From the IMG/VR virus record IMGVR_UViG_3300027770_000027, positions 124,001-188,000 of that record: a DNA stretch of 64,000 bases. One strand, written 5' to 3'. The notes beneath the pieces are model-generated. The model had not been told where the DNA came from, ran no database searches, and saw only the letters and a program-made list of their open reading frames with translations. Of this stretch, positions 20,266 through 31,857 are shown in pieces. The position numbers were made by a program, and so were the translations under genes. How positions within the stretch are numbered: the stretch's first letter is position 1; each line of letters begins with the position of its first letter.

Positions 20266-23200
20266 TCACAAAGGGCTGGAGATATTGCTACAACAATCTG
20301 AAGTGGCTCCGTCCCATGTTTTGGTCCAATCTCCAGATTCATATTGAATGGGAAAACTGCTTCTCAATTCTGCGTAAGTTATTGGATTGACATTACATAT
20401 TCTTACAGTCGGTAAACTTAAGTTGTAAGATGCCATAGCACTCCAGCTCCAACAAAATCCATTAGGACATAATACAGATATTCCGGAATTTTCTATTTTA
20501 AAGTCTGGCAGAGATATAGCGGATATGTCTAAGAATTCTTTTAGACTAACAATAGATTCGTGCAATTTTCGTAATTCTCTGTTAAGAACCTGGGGAATAT
20601 GGTATTCATTAACAGCAACTCCTAATGTTTCATTTTCAACTGCATCATCAAAAAGTGGTCTCTCTTGTACTGAAACTGGTACCAATGCATAATATGTAAC
20701 TACTCCATTGAATGTTTTTTCCGTTACTTTAGAAAATTTAGCATTTAGCATGTTTCTAAACATTTTAATGTTTTGGGCTATTCTGACCAAACTTCTATTA
20801 TAATTTGTATCTGTTGCAAATTCATTTTTGTTTATTATAAGCTGGTCTTTTGTCCAATAATCATAAGGCAGACCGTTTCCGATCTTAAAAAGGTTTACAA
20901 CGTCTTGCAATTTAATAATTGCATGAGCAGAACATATTAATAAATGTCTGCTATGGGACTTTCTAATGGAAGTTGCTGTGAATCCAACTGGAGTTGCCCA
21001 GCTACCTATAAACATACCAGCTGCAGAAAATTTAAACAGGCGAGATCCTCCACCTGGTACTGATACTAAAACGTATAGAAATTCTCCAGCTTCATCAAAT
21101 GTTATTTTCTTAACGGTGCTACGACGAGGCACTACAGACCTAATAACACTTGCTATAGAAAAATTGAATATGGGTTCTGATTTAGAACTATCAAAAACAT
21201 ATATGGTATAATCTTTGCATAACACATACGCCATTCCATCAAAATTACTAGCGATGTATAGTGGCTGGTTGGTGTTAAAATTGCTGGTGTAATATGTATG
21301 TACCCAGTTTAAATCTTGAGTAAATTCTTTGACACATTTGTTGTTGTAATCTAAAACAAATAAATGATTTTCAGAACAACACAGGTCTGATGGTGCATTA
21401 AATTTATTAGGGTCTTCTTTACTTCCAAATCCACCGACATTAATAGAAACATTTAAAGCCGGTAAATCTAAGTCCACTTCAAGGCAAACAATTTTATTAC
21501 GAGGAGGGTCAAGCACATAGACATAACCCCCATCTGGACTCGTATCCATTTGGGTTGGGGATATAAACTCTAAATTTAAATCTTCTGAATTAATGAATGG
21601 ATACTCAGAAGGTTTAAAATGATTATTATTAAACATTCTGACTCGATTTTTGTCTAAAACATAAATAGCATCTGGTGTTTCTATAACATCTTTTAGGCTA
21701 TTAAAATAACTAACACCAGAACCCACCGCTTGATTAGGAAGCTGGTAATATTTGTCTCCAAAATTGCGAGTATACCAACGAATACCGTCAGCCTTTTTGC
21801 TAGTGCTGGTTCCAAGCCATCCGTAATATAATGTAGGAAAATCCGTGTTTATAGACTGTATATTTTCTGATAAATATGTGATATTGTCATTTAATCTAGT
21901 TATAGCCGTATTAAAAATATCTGAATCTCCCCACTCATTTGGTTGAATTTCTATTTCATTTAAACTATATGGTAATTGAAGTATGTCTTCACTTAAGGTT
22001 CTTATATTTTCTTGATTATATGCAGCCCACTCTGATTTAACAATGATTGGATATTGTAAGGTTCCACTTTCCATAGACCCATCAGAATATATAGCATCAT
22101 ATGTTATATAATAGGAACCCGGGGCACTATAGGTATATTTGACTGGTTCATTTTTATAAGAAATGACATAATCTTGTTCATTTTCTCCAAAGTTAGTTCT
22201 GTAAAAAGATATTAAATTATCTTCTTGTTCGTTGGGTGCGGTGTATTCTATAAAAATCTCTTCACCCACTAATGTAATAAGATCTGAAACAAATGCCTCT
22301 GGTTGCTTTCCGGTATTAAAGGCAACCAGAGTTTGAGTCTTTTGAGAAGTTAACGATGTGGTTACTGTATGAGCACTCCATAAATCTCTACTTGTTGGCC
22401 AGTTTAATACAGAGACGTCATCAAAAGTTGTTGATTGGATAGATACCGGAATGTCTGCTTTTAACACCTTTACAGATATTGTAGTATTTGCGGCATTGGT
22501 TATATACCCCTCTTCAAAAGGATCTCCTATTTTAAAATCTAGAGCTTTAAAAGTTCCTTCCAAAGCAGATATTTCAACTACTCGGGTCCAGTATGGTGTG
22601 GTTATTAAATATGTTATATAACCAAGATCAAGTAAAGGTTGAACTGGATTTGTTTTTGGAGAAGAACAAATAGTTTGTGTTAGTGATAAGGTTCTAACCC
22701 ACCCCAAATCCATTTTATTATTTTTATTAGCAATCTTAAAACTAAAAGTAATGTCTGTGTCAGCTGGGACAATTTTAGGATTCCATTTAAAATTATTTGA
22801 TAAACCACTAGTTCCAAAATTATAAGAACACGCAGTTAAAGCATATGTTTGAGTGATTAAAGATCCACCAACACTAGCGGGTTTGACGAAATACAGTGGA
22901 TATGAAGATGGATACATTTCACTAAACGCAGAAAGTCTAATGGGTAGTCCGGTGTTGCTGAAAAATTCTGTAGTATATGGAAATTCAACCAGAGCCACGC
23001 GACTATTGATGGTTGAAAGAAATGTGCTATTTGTTCCTATAAGATAATCATATTCACTAAAAGATTTATTAGCACTAAGATAAAAATTTTGAGTTTTAGT
23101 TTTTTTAGAAGTATATGCCGTGGGTGATTGTGCTAGTGTGTAATTGGAAGTATTGAGTAATGTAAGGTTTCTACCACTTAGCCAAGCATATTCTGGATAT

Positions 23201-26064
23201 GTTACAAATTCTAAAGGTCTGTAAAAGTCTGAAACTGTTGGGGTAAAAATCTTAACACTAGTGGATACACTATGATATGGTATGCCTATAAGGTCCATGT
23301 CTGGGTTTGTTAGAATGTTGGGAATGTCCCAACCTACAGCTACAGCACTTAGAGCACTTAGAGTTATTATAGTAGTTTTAACTAACGGATCTGTTATCTT
23401 GTATTGAATGTAGTGATCTTTGTATTGGACTCTAACAGATGAAGTAAATCCAGTGTTATTAGAAATAGACCAAACATATGTTGAACTTAATGCTACGTCT
23501 GACGTATTTGCACTGGATAATGTAAATATGTTGGTGCCGTCATTTGGCCTGGTCAGTGTGTATACATCATTTGCGGTATTTAACACCGTAGCAGATGTTT
23601 CAGAGTATCCAGTATATGTAATGTTAAAATCAGAATTTAATAAATCTCTAGAAGGAAATTCATCCACAAAGAATTCATAATCAGTCCAAAAACGTGGACT
23701 TCTTACGTCTGATACTAAAGAAAGTTTTACAGAGTGTATTGCTGGAATAGAATTACTATATTCCGGAACTACTTGCACATATATAGAACTCAAAGAACTT
23801 TGATCTAAAGTGGTTCCATATTCATAAGGAGTTAATTTTCCAGCAGAAAGATAAGAAACTGATATAGGAGTTACTAGAGGATCGGTAATATGGTCGTATT
23901 TCCATAACCAATACAAGGGGGTTCCTTCTGGTATTGGATATGTCTGGCCACCAAACGGTATTTTTGCAGCTACTTGTAAATATCGGGTTCTTTCAAAATT
24001 ATTGATAGGCGCCACAGCATATATGTTAAAGGTCCTCTCATCAAAAGCGTCGTATAAACCAGTATTACTTGATACATTGGTAGTTTGTCTATATTTCTGA
24101 GAAGATAGAGTAATAGTTACAGAATTTAACCCGTAACCAGACAACTGAACCGTGCTAGATTTCTCAGAAAATGGAACTACTTGATTGTTTCTAAAGGAAG
24201 AAAGTACATTCCCTAAAGAATCTATAGAATAAAATGAAAGATTTAAATCTGTAGGAGTATAACTCCATTTAATATTAGAACCTCTTAAATCTTTGGAAGG
24301 CCATCCGGGACTTGCAGTCAACATATTACAAGTAACTGTAAAATTGCCAATGGTTTGTCCTACAATATCTAAGAAAATTGGAGACCCTCCAGAATCTTGA
24401 GTAATTCCCTCTGCTAATTTTATTAAAGTTGCGTTTTTACCAGAAATAAAACCAGCTGCAGAACTCAAGGTGGGGCGCAAACTAAGGTCTATTTCTCCAT
24501 AAGTTGCATGTGGATATGTAAGAAATAATTTTGTAGCAGATGCAGCCGGTATCCAAGGAGATGATATTAAATCATACACTTGATCTAAATTAGATCCATA
24601 ATATGCAAAAACAGAATTGAGACTTAAAAATTGTCTGTCGCCCACTACTTCAAATTTAACAACTTCGTTGATGGAATTGTTTACTAAATCATATGAGAGA
24701 AGATTAAAATCAGACGCTATATAGGTTGAAAGAGTTACTGATGTGGTAGTGCTATTTAAGGTTGCGGTGTGAATATCAAAATTTAAATTACAGGTATCAG
24801 ACAATTTATTAAATCCGAGATTGGGTGCTAATAAAGAAGTTTTATAAGAGTAATAATGTGGAGGATACTTGGTGCACCATTTAATTATCTGATTATAACA
24901 ATTGTTAGATGCTATGGCAGATCCCAAGGCAACAGAGGTTCCGTTTATTTGAAAAGTGCTCAAAGTGCTGTTAACAGTTTCAGAAGAGAACAAATAACCA
25001 CTATCAGAACAGAACCGAGCTCCTATATTGGTGCCCGGTACCCCTGTTACAAAATTTGTAAGAGTCTTGCCATAGTAATCATTTTTATTATAATATGATA
25101 AACTAGCAGCTGACAAATTCCAAACAGCACTTAACACGCAAAATTTTGAATCATTCAAAACTCCTTCTCCTCCAGCGGGCTTAAACTGGAGCAGTTGATA
25201 AGTTTGAATATTATTTCCTATTTTACTCTGATCTAATATAAAAGAACTCTTGAATCCGTGAGTTCCTCCTATTACAATATCTGGAGGATTTTGTCCCAAT
25301 CTGGCAATTTTACCCTGGGCATCCATATAATTAACTTCATAAGAAATAAAGGTAGAATCTGGTCTTATAACAGATGGATAATTTTTTTCTAATGTATCGG
25401 CTTTGGTTCTTGGATTATAGGAAGTATCAAATGTAATGAACGGAATGTCTATGCGAGTTCTGGTGGCACTCAGGTCAAACACCAAAGAAATACTAGAATC
25501 TGAGGGCAATTGATAAAAAGAGGGCCCTGTGTTTAAAAATTGTTTGTGTTTTTCAAAGGATAATGATTCCGCATTTGTAGAATTAAAGAAAAATGATGTT
25601 GGGTTGGATACTACTGCTGATGTTGATAATATCCAAGAAGATGCTCCCTTGGTTAAAGATAACGGTTTTAAAAACAGCCTAGACGGATATAATAAATACG
25701 AATATATGTTTCTATACTTGGCTGGATTTCCTGGATTATTATTAACGTAAAAATAGTTAAATTGGGGCCCTAAATTATAAGACATTCTAGAGGAAGATAG
25801 GTCCCATGTAAAAGAAGCGCCTTTGTCTATATTAATAATGTACTGTCCTATGTCATCCGAAAAAGTATATCGAAAATTTTGATATAAAACTGGGTTTATA
25901 GAGTTTGTTTCATTCAACGGATTGTTTACATATCTAAATATGTTTTCCGCCGGCTGGTCCGCTACACGTGGATCTATAAGTTGAGAGCTAGTTGATATTT
26001 TGTATGTCTCAACTGGCCAACTTCTCTGTGTTTCAATTAAAAATGCAGAATCTGTCTCACCCAT
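20266..26064 (-). CDS. Large baseplate/tail-associated protein with PKD-like and NHL-like repeats
   Basis: 1932 aa; YTYSAPGSYYIT; GGFGSKEDPNKFNAPSDL NHL-like repeat. Confidence 0.65.
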   Translation of the reverse strand: MGETDSAFLIETQRSWPVETYKISTSSQLIDPRVADQPAENIFRYVNNPLNETNSINPVLYQNFRYTFSDDIGQYIINIDKGASFTWDLSSSRMSYNLGPQFNYFYVNNNPGNPAKYRNIYSYLLYPSRLFLKPLSLTKGASSWILSTSAVVSNPTSFFFNSTNAESLSFEKHKQFLNTGPSFYQLPSDSSISLVFDLSATRTRIDIPFITFDTSYNPRTKADTLEKNYPSVIRPDSTFISYEVNYMDAQGKIARLGQNPPDIVIGGTHGFKSSFILDQSKIGNNIQTYQLLQFKPAGGEGVLNDSKFCVLSAVWNLSAASLSYYNKNDYYGKTLTNFVTGVPGTNIGARFCSDSGYLFSSETVNSTLSTFQINGTSVALGSAIASNNCYNQIIKWCTKYPPHYYSYKTSLLAPNLGFNKLSDTCNLNFDIHTATLNSTTTSVTLSTYIASDFNLLSYDLVNNSINEVVKFEVVGDRQFLSLNSVFAYYGSNLDQVYDLISSPWIPAASATKLFLTYPHATYGEIDLSLRPTLSSAAGFISGKNATLIKLAEGITQDSGGSPIFLDIVGQTIGNFTVTCNMLTASPGWPSKDLRGSNIKWSYTPTDLNLSFYSIDSLGNVLSSFRNNQVVPFSEKSSTVQLSGYGLNSVTITLSSQKYRQTTNVSSNTGLYDAFDERTFNIYAVAPINNFERTRYLQVAAKIPFGGQTYPIPEGTPLYWLWKYDHITDPLVTPISVSYLSAGKLTPYEYGTTLDQSSLSSIYVQVVPEYSNSIPAIHSVKLSLVSDVRSPRFWTDYEFFVDEFPSRDLLNSDFNITYTGYSETSATVLNTANDVYTLTRPNDGTNIFTLSSANTSDVALSSTYVWSISNNTGFTSSVRVQYKDHYIQYKITDPLVKTTIITLSALSAVAVGWDIPNILTNPDMDLIGIPYHSVSTSVKIFTPTVSDFYRPLEFVTYPEYAWLSGRNLTLLNTSNYTLAQSPTAYTSKKTKTQNFYLSANKSFSEYDYLIGTNSTFLSTINSRVALVEFPYTTEFFSNTGLPIRLSAFSEMYPSSYPLYFVKPASVGGSLITQTYALTACSYNFGTSGLSNNFKWNPKIVPADTDITFSFKIANKNNKMDLGWVRTLSLTQTICSSPKTNPVQPLLDLGYITYLITTPYWTRVVEISALEGTFKALDFKIGDPFEEGYITNAANTTISVKVLKADIPVSIQSTTFDDVSVLNWPTSRDLWSAHTVTTSLTSQKTQTLVAFNTGKQPEAFVSDLITLVGEEIFIEYTAPNEQEDNLISFYRTNFGENEQDYVISYKNEPVKYTYSAPGSYYITYDAIYSDGSMESGTLQYPIIVKSEWAAYNQENIRTLSEDILQLPYSLNEIEIQPNEWGDSDIFNTAITRLNDNITYLSENIQSINTDFPTLYYGWLGTSTSKKADGIRWYTRNFGDKYYQLPNQAVGSGVSYFNSLKDVIETPDAIYVLDKNRVRMFNNNHFKPSEYPFINSEDLNLEFISPTQMDTSPDGGYVYVLDPPRNKIVCLEVDLDLPALNVSINVGGFGSKEDPNKFNAPSDLCCSENHLFVLDYNNKCVKEFTQDLNWVHTYYTSNFNTNQPLYIASNFDGMAYVLCKDYTIYVFDSSKSEPIFNFSIASVIRSVVPRRSTVKKITFDEAGEFLYVLVSVPGGGSRLFKFSAAGMFIGSWATPVGFTATSIRKSHSRHLLICSAHAIIKLQDVVNLFKIGNGLPYDYWTKDQLIINKNEFATDTNYNRSLVRIAQNIKMFRNMLNAKFSKVTEKTFNGVVTYYALVPVSVQERPLFDDAVENETLGVAVNEYHIPQVLNRELRKLHESIVSLKEFLDISAISLPDFKIENSGISVLCPNGFCWSWSAMASYNLSLPTVRICNVNPITYAELRSSFPIQYESGDWTKTWDGATSDCCSNISSPL

Positions 26065-26089
26065 GACTCCAAATACTTAGAATAGAAGT

Positions 26090-29000
26090 CTATTTGTTCA
26101 ACAAATTAAGTCCGTTATATAATTCATAACTAAACATAACATCTATAGGACCCCCATTATCATACCAGCGCTGGACAGATGAGAGATCATAAGATAGAGT
26201 AGTTACCTCATTATCCCAGTCTATTACACCTTCTAGCTGTTTGCCTTCTGGTCCTGGAATATACTCATAAAATTCATAATACAAATTCCAAGGTTGTTTT
26301 AATCTTAAAAAATTTGCTAATATGTTTATAGAAAATTTAGGCAATAAAATTGGTCCTGGATATATTAATCTATAACTATTTGTATTTTTAGTTTTTAAAA
26401 CAACCGGAACATCTGGATATACTATATATCTGTCTGGATTTATAAGGGCTCCTCTGTTATAAAAACCACCTATGCCATAATCTCTTTCATGAAATTCTAA
26501 CATACAAGCATCCTTAACACCTCTTAAACGAGATAAATTAATACTTGTTAAATCAATTAACCTTTTAATAGCTGGTGGATATTTCATGCGAAAATCATCT
26601 GTATCTAGATCTACCATTTCAGACAAACTATAGAGTTGGTCTAAGTTACAGGTATCCACATCCACATGATTCATGGAGAAATTTGCAATTTTTTCATATA
26701 TAGCAACTCCCAAATCTTGATGAGAAGAAGAGCCGTCTCCGAAAATAGACGCAAAGAATTTATCATATAATACAGAACTATCTTGGAGACGAGGGACATA
26801 TGATAAACTCTTCAAATAATCTGCCATGTTAAAGGTTTCATTTAACTTGGCTACATTAAATGCTGGTGTGTTGTCTGTGTAAAAATTTAAAGAATTTGAA
26901 ATACCAGAAACACTTAATACAAATGGCTGGGTGGTTCCCGTAGAGAGAGTGTTTCCGTATTTATTAGTCCATCTAAACCCAGTCCAATCTCCCTGAGCTT
27001 GTAGAGATTTGTTATATACAGAATATGCGGTTTCTTGATGGTTGTTTTTGTCTATATAACTGACAAATCCTTGAGGATTTATGAAAAAACTAGATTCAAT
27101 GGCCAGAGTGTCTTTGTCTATAACATAAACTTGATTTTCTATAGAATTTATTACATATATTTTCCCATATAAACTATAAGATATGCCTTCTAACGCAGTA
27201 AAATCATCATTAGGCTCCAAAGAGGAGTCATTTACCACTTCTATGGTGTCTAATTGGTAGTTGTCATGTCCTAAAAGGTCTGTGGTTACTGTTATTTTGC
27301 CTACTGACCTGTAATCATAGGTAAACCATAAATCTTGATCAGCATCTATAGTAAGATTGTTTAGCCCTTTGAAGGGACCAAATCTAGCATCCTCTAACGG
27401 ACTCATATTATGGTTTCTTTTTTCTATATACCCCAAATAATCTCCATCATCACCGGCTAGAGATACCCAAAAGTCTCCAAAATTGTCACATACGATCTCC
27501 TGTGGGGTAGACCCCACATCAAATGTATTATTTGCGTCTAAAACAGTTCCATCAGAATCATATTTTACCACAAAACTGCTTATCGGATGGGAATATGTAA
27601 TATATACATTATTATCCATGTCCGTATCTATACCAGTTGGTTCTATTAAATTGACATCATCAAATAAATTAATAGTTCTATCAAAATAAGAAATTTGATC
27701 ATACCAAGAAAGTGTTTGATTTTGTATACTAATGTTTGCATTATAAGGCAAACCAATTGCAACGGAAGATGGTGGCACAACTGCTGTTAAAAAATTTCCA
27801 AATGAATCTAATTTTATAGTAGATGGAGAATCATACAAAGTAATCCATATATTTTGAAATTTGTCCAAAACCATAGTCGCAGGAGTCACTACCCCCGGAA
27901 TACGAGGTGACAATCCATTAGCAACTACCAAGGCATTTAAATCAATGGCACATAATATTTGGCCCTTTGTGGTGGTTCTATACAAATATTGTAATTCTGA
28001 ATCAAGCATCCAAGCATGGAAGTGTGGTGCCGGAGTAGCTGCTATGCTATAAATGCCATGAAACCCACTTAGTCCTGTGGATTTTACAGGCATGTCAAAG
28101 TTATACACATGAGCAACCGTCTTTTGAGGAATCACGCTTGTTAATTGTTCTTTGAGCGTGTTATACTGAGCTACCGCCACCAAGCCAGCTTCGGGATTAG
28201 ATAACCATAAAAGAGGGTTTATTAAATTAGAACTTAGAGAAGGAATTGGTATATTTGCAATTGATCTTATGTATACATCTGTTTTATTAACATCTGCTAT
28301 ATCAAACATTCCCTTATAATATCCAGGCCTTTTGTGTAGAGAATAATCAGACCATTCAAACCGAGGAGGAGAGTCAAATGTACAATCTATTGGAACAAAT
28401 TTTTGATAAAGAGCAGACAATTCAATAGTTTCGGTAATTGTTGTAGATAGTACTTCTGTTTCAGTGGTAGATATTGATATTGTTTCAGTGGTTGAAAGAG
28501 TATAATACACACTTTCGACAAATTGTCCTGTTTCTACGGCTATGTCAAAATTTAAAGTGTTTAATAATGGAAAGTTGTGTAAGAAAAATGAATCAATGTT
28601 TGGCACTGCCACTCCATTGCCATCTATCCAGTTATCTACATATCTAGAAGATATTGAAGCAGACACCACTATTGGATTTTTCCCAGTTGACCATCGAGGA
28701 TTTGCATATGCTCGTAGACCATTCTCAGAAATTTTTAAATAATCTGGAGATCTCCAAACTGTAAGATAGGGAATGGCTATTGACGCTCTACTATTGGAAA
28801 AATTTGATAAGAAAGTGCTGGATTCTGTTTGTAAATTAAAATCTTTTGCGTTTGCGGTCTCTAAAGTTGCCACTATGCATGTATGAGCTTCTCTAGAAAC
28901 TGCTAAATCTGTATTATACAAATCTTCTATAAAATAAAATTCTGCATATCCACTAGTGCCTACAACATGTGTGCCAGTTGGGGTCAAAATTCCTTCATCA

Positions 29001-29518
29001 TTACATTTTATAATAGAATCTGTTGTAACAATTGAGTCTATTATTTGCCCCTTGAGGTTTAAAAATTTCCATTGAGGTTTTAAAAATGCCCATTTATTGT
29101 TGTCAAATTTACTTTCTTCGGATCTTGAAAAAACTGCTGCAAGATGTACGGTGTGTTCTTGTGTATTACTAGAAGTAATTTGAATTTTAAATGGATGTCT
29201 ATTATAGTGTCCACTAAATGTTGGTGGTGGTACATATTCAAATTTAATAGATTCATTTATTAACAAATCTACAAATATTGTAGTTTCTAATTCTATAATA
29301 GAACCATCTTTGCCGAAACATTTTAAAGATATATTGAATGTACCAGGACTAAAGTATGTATGAGTTGGATTAATTTTTGTGCTAGTAGCACCGTCTCCAA
29401 ATTGCCACAATACACTTTTCAATTCTTTAAGTGGATTTATTATTGGTGTAAATTTAAAAACAGTTATGCCTACAAATCCTTCCTGTTTATCTACATTTAG
29501 TTTGGCGGAAATGCTCAT
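26090..29518 (-). CDS. Baseplate-associated protein with N-terminal PKD domain and beta-propeller
   Basis: WQFGDGATSTKINPTHTYFSPGTF PKD motif; propeller-like repeats; directly downstream of gp6. Confidence 0.7.
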   Translation of the reverse strand: MSISAKLNVDKQEGFVGITVFKFTPIINPLKELKSVLWQFGDGATSTKINPTHTYFSPGTFNISLKCFGKDGSIIELETTIFVDLLINESIKFEYVPPPTFSGHYNRHPFKIQITSSNTQEHTVHLAAVFSRSEESKFDNNKWAFLKPQWKFLNLKGQIIDSIVTTDSIIKCNDEGILTPTGTHVVGTSGYAEFYFIEDLYNTDLAVSREAHTCIVATLETANAKDFNLQTESSTFLSNFSNSRASIAIPYLTVWRSPDYLKISENGLRAYANPRWSTGKNPIVVSASISSRYVDNWIDGNGVAVPNIDSFFLHNFPLLNTLNFDIAVETGQFVESVYYTLSTTETISISTTETEVLSTTITETIELSALYQKFVPIDCTFDSPPRFEWSDYSLHKRPGYYKGMFDIADVNKTDVYIRSIANIPIPSLSSNLINPLLWLSNPEAGLVAVAQYNTLKEQLTSVIPQKTVAHVYNFDMPVKSTGLSGFHGIYSIAATPAPHFHAWMLDSELQYLYRTTTKGQILCAIDLNALVVANGLSPRIPGVVTPATMVLDKFQNIWITLYDSPSTIKLDSFGNFLTAVVPPSSVAIGLPYNANISIQNQTLSWYDQISYFDRTINLFDDVNLIEPTGIDTDMDNNVYITYSHPISSFVVKYDSDGTVLDANNTFDVGSTPQEIVCDNFGDFWVSLAGDDGDYLGYIEKRNHNMSPLEDARFGPFKGLNNLTIDADQDLWFTYDYRSVGKITVTTDLLGHDNYQLDTIEVVNDSSLEPNDDFTALEGISYSLYGKIYVINSIENQVYVIDKDTLAIESSFFINPQGFVSYIDKNNHQETAYSVYNKSLQAQGDWTGFRWTNKYGNTLSTGTTQPFVLSVSGISNSLNFYTDNTPAFNVAKLNETFNMADYLKSLSYVPRLQDSSVLYDKFFASIFGDGSSSHQDLGVAIYEKIANFSMNHVDVDTCNLDQLYSLSEMVDLDTDDFRMKYPPAIKRLIDLTSINLSRLRGVKDACMLEFHERDYGIGGFYNRGALINPDRYIVYPDVPVVLKTKNTNSYRLIYPGPILLPKFSINILANFLRLKQPWNLYYEFYEYIPGPEGKQLEGVIDWDNEVTTLSYDLSSVQRWYDNGGPIDVMFSYELYNGLNLLNK

Positions 29519-29520
29519 AA

Positions 29521-31296
29521 TTAAAATTCTGCAACTTTGATGGAGTTACTTTGATCAACAATTTCTATACGATCCCCTAAATTAATAGCATTATAAAGTA
29601 GTGGATACATGAAAAATTCTAAATTTACAGTCTGTGTATAAGTTTTAATGTCATCCCTAGGATGTTTAGAGTTCCAAACTAGAAAAGATATTTCCTTGAC
29701 AGCTACATCATATTTTGTTCTGTATGTGTCAAGAGATTTGACTCCATCAATTGATAGAATATCCGTGGTCATTTGATGAGTGTCTACATCTTGTCCCAAC
29801 ACAATGTTTGCAGGATTGAAATAATTTAATATTAAATTAACAATGTCTAGTTTTATGGCAGAATTAGACCTTCTGGTATTTACATCTTTGTAAATTCTTA
29901 ATTTATTTTGAGATATGTCTAATATGTTTGGTGCAACATCTGGCACATTTACAAAAAAATCAAAATACATATATTCTGGATCCATTGGAACCACTTGACT
30001 GGTCATGGTTTTATACTGCCTTACCTGGTTAAGTATGTATTCTTTTTGAGGACCAGAGAGATATCTCAAATCTCTTTTAGGAACTGTGTACATGTATATG
30101 TTGTTAAAATTGCAACTATTTGCAAATTTTACCTGATTATACAAGACAGAAGATTCTAGTTGGGGAGAATTTAAACCAATCTCATACAAATACTTCAAAT
30201 GGCCTTTCAGGTATTCGTCATTTGTTACTATTTTAGAATCTGCCAATAAATTACTAAAATTGCTTTTTACAAAAGATTCATAATCTGTAGCAGTTACTAA
30301 ACGATGTTGAGATCTAAAAACCTTTGGAGCATTTTTGCGTATAGAATCTACAGACTCCTCTTCAGAATAATTTGATGAAGGAAAGGTATTCAATAAACTT
30401 ATATTGTCATATTGAGATGGTGTCAAGTAAATGCCGTAAGGTGATTTAACGTTGTCTAATATGGTTAGAAATTGTGGAGAAATGAATGGTATTAGATAAA
30501 AATTATCCAATGCTCCAGAACCTAAAGTGGCGGCATTTGGATTGCTACTTAAAAAATAAATTGCAACTGAGTCATCTGCATTTAATTGTTTTCCATTAAC
30601 ATCGTCTCCAAAAATTAATTCATATCTTTTATTTGCATTAAAACGCACCTCAAATACCCTATCATTAGAAGCATATAAAGATCTATCTTCTACTCTACGC
30701 CACGTTTCCCAGTTTTGTTCTCCTTGTTTAACATATGCAAAAATGCTAAAGTGATCTATTATTACATTACTGTTTAGCCCTAGATATACTACCTCATTGG
30801 CTACTCCGATGGCTTTATACATTGGATATTCTTGTATAGTTCCTTCGTGTAACAGATAATTGTTTGCTACGTCTTCAACTATTTCCACTCCGTTAGTTAA
30901 TTTTGAAAATGTTAAATCTTCTGTTAGAGTGTATGAAGTTCCTCCTATATTAACGTAACTATAGCGAGGTATTACATAGGAATTCATAGACAATCCTTGT
31001 CTTGCCTTTAAAGAAAACGGAATATTTTGAGCAACTCTACCTACTGGATTGTAGTTTAGAATTTTAACAATTTTATTCATGTTTTCATATAGCTGAGCTT
31101 CTGAAAACATGGCTTCTGAAGATGTTTTGCTGTTATAAAATAATAAAGTACCAAATGCCATGCTGATTACATCAATCAAAGCAGATATGTTTGATCCTTG
31201 ATAGTTTTGATCGGTAAAGACCTTGCCATCATTGAGTTTTTCTACGATTTTGTCTCGTAGTTGCACAGCATCAAATGCTAGAAATTGATTTGTCAT
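29521..31296 (-). CDS. gp6: Baseplate wedge subunit (T4 gp6-like)
   Basis: FTDQNYQGSNISALID, FGDDVNGK and ESVDSIRKNAP...RLVTATDY motifs. Confidence 0.9.
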   Translation of the reverse strand: MTNQFLAFDAVQLRDKIVEKLNDGKVFTDQNYQGSNISALIDVISMAFGTLLFYNSKTSSEAMFSEAQLYENMNKIVKILNYNPVGRVAQNIPFSLKARQGLSMNSYVIPRYSYVNIGGTSYTLTEDLTFSKLTNGVEIVEDVANNYLLHEGTIQEYPMYKAIGVANEVVYLGLNSNVIIDHFSIFAYVKQGEQNWETWRRVEDRSLYASNDRVFEVRFNANKRYELIFGDDVNGKQLNADDSVAIYFLSSNPNAATLGSGALDNFYLIPFISPQFLTILDNVKSPYGIYLTPSQYDNISLLNTFPSSNYSEEESVDSIRKNAPKVFRSQHRLVTATDYESFVKSNFSNLLADSKIVTNDEYLKGHLKYLYEIGLNSPQLESSVLYNQVKFANSCNFNNIYMYTVPKRDLRYLSGPQKEYILNQVRQYKTMTSQVVPMDPEYMYFDFFVNVPDVAPNILDISQNKLRIYKDVNTRRSNSAIKLDIVNLILNYFNPANIVLGQDVDTHQMTTDILSIDGVKSLDTYRTKYDVAVKEISFLVWNSKHPRDDIKTYTQTVNLEFFMYPLLYNAINLGDRIEIVDQSNSIKVAEF

Positions 31297-31299
31297 AAA

Positions 31300-31821
31300 T
31301 TATAGTACAAGAATATCATTTAACGTTAAAGCTTGTGTATTAAATTTTAATTGCAATTTATTTAACATACTAGATGCTTTTATTGTGTAATTAATTTCTA
31401 TATAATACTGCAATTCGTCATAAAGAGGTGTTATATTGACTCCGGTAAAATTGACTCTTGTTTCAAATTTTTCTAGATTTCTCAATATATCACTTGCTAT
31501 TACGTGGGCATTAAATTCTGAAAGGGGTTCAAATAAATATTTGTCTAATCTACATCCAAATTCCGGAGACAGCACTTTCCATCCTGGTCGGGTCGTTATT
31601 ATATTTACAAGAGAGTTTGAAATAGCCTTTGCATCATAGTCAGCTTGTATATCTTTGGTGTTAGCAGTGTCCCAACCGGTGCCAACTGTTTGGGAAAATA
31701 TTAAATCTAGGTGTAAATCGGTATAAGTATATTGAGATGGTGTTGGTTCTTTGCCCAATACCGTCCCAGTTGCCTTAGTTTGACGCGGTTTGACTAAGTT
31801 ATCTAGATAAATAGCAGCCAT
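31300..31821 (-). CDS. gp25: Baseplate wedge subunit (gp25 / GPW family)
   Basis: AISNSLVNIITTRPG...PEFGCRLDKYLFEP...FETRV. Confidence 0.9.
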   Translation of the reverse strand: MAAIYLDNLVKPRQTKATGTVLGKEPTPSQYTYTDLHLDLIFSQTVGTGWDTANTKDIQADYDAKAISNSLVNIITTRPGWKVLSPEFGCRLDKYLFEPLSEFNAHVIASDILRNLEKFETRVNFTGVNITPLYDELQYYIEINYTIKASSMLNKLQLKFNTQALTLNDILVL

Positions 31822-31826
31822 GTTGG

Positions 31827-31838
31827 TAAATATTTATA
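31827..31838. promoter_or_regulatory. Palindromic late-promoter element between divergent genes
   Basis: TAAATATTTA gives TAAATA on both strands; TATAAATA on the minus strand. Confidence 0.6.
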
Positions 31839-31857
31839 GCAAAACCCTCTATAATGT

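Noticed and set aside
1660-31639. Many short plus-strand ORFs in the track
   Set aside because: Antisense shadows of long, recognisable minus-strand genes, with no motifs of their own.
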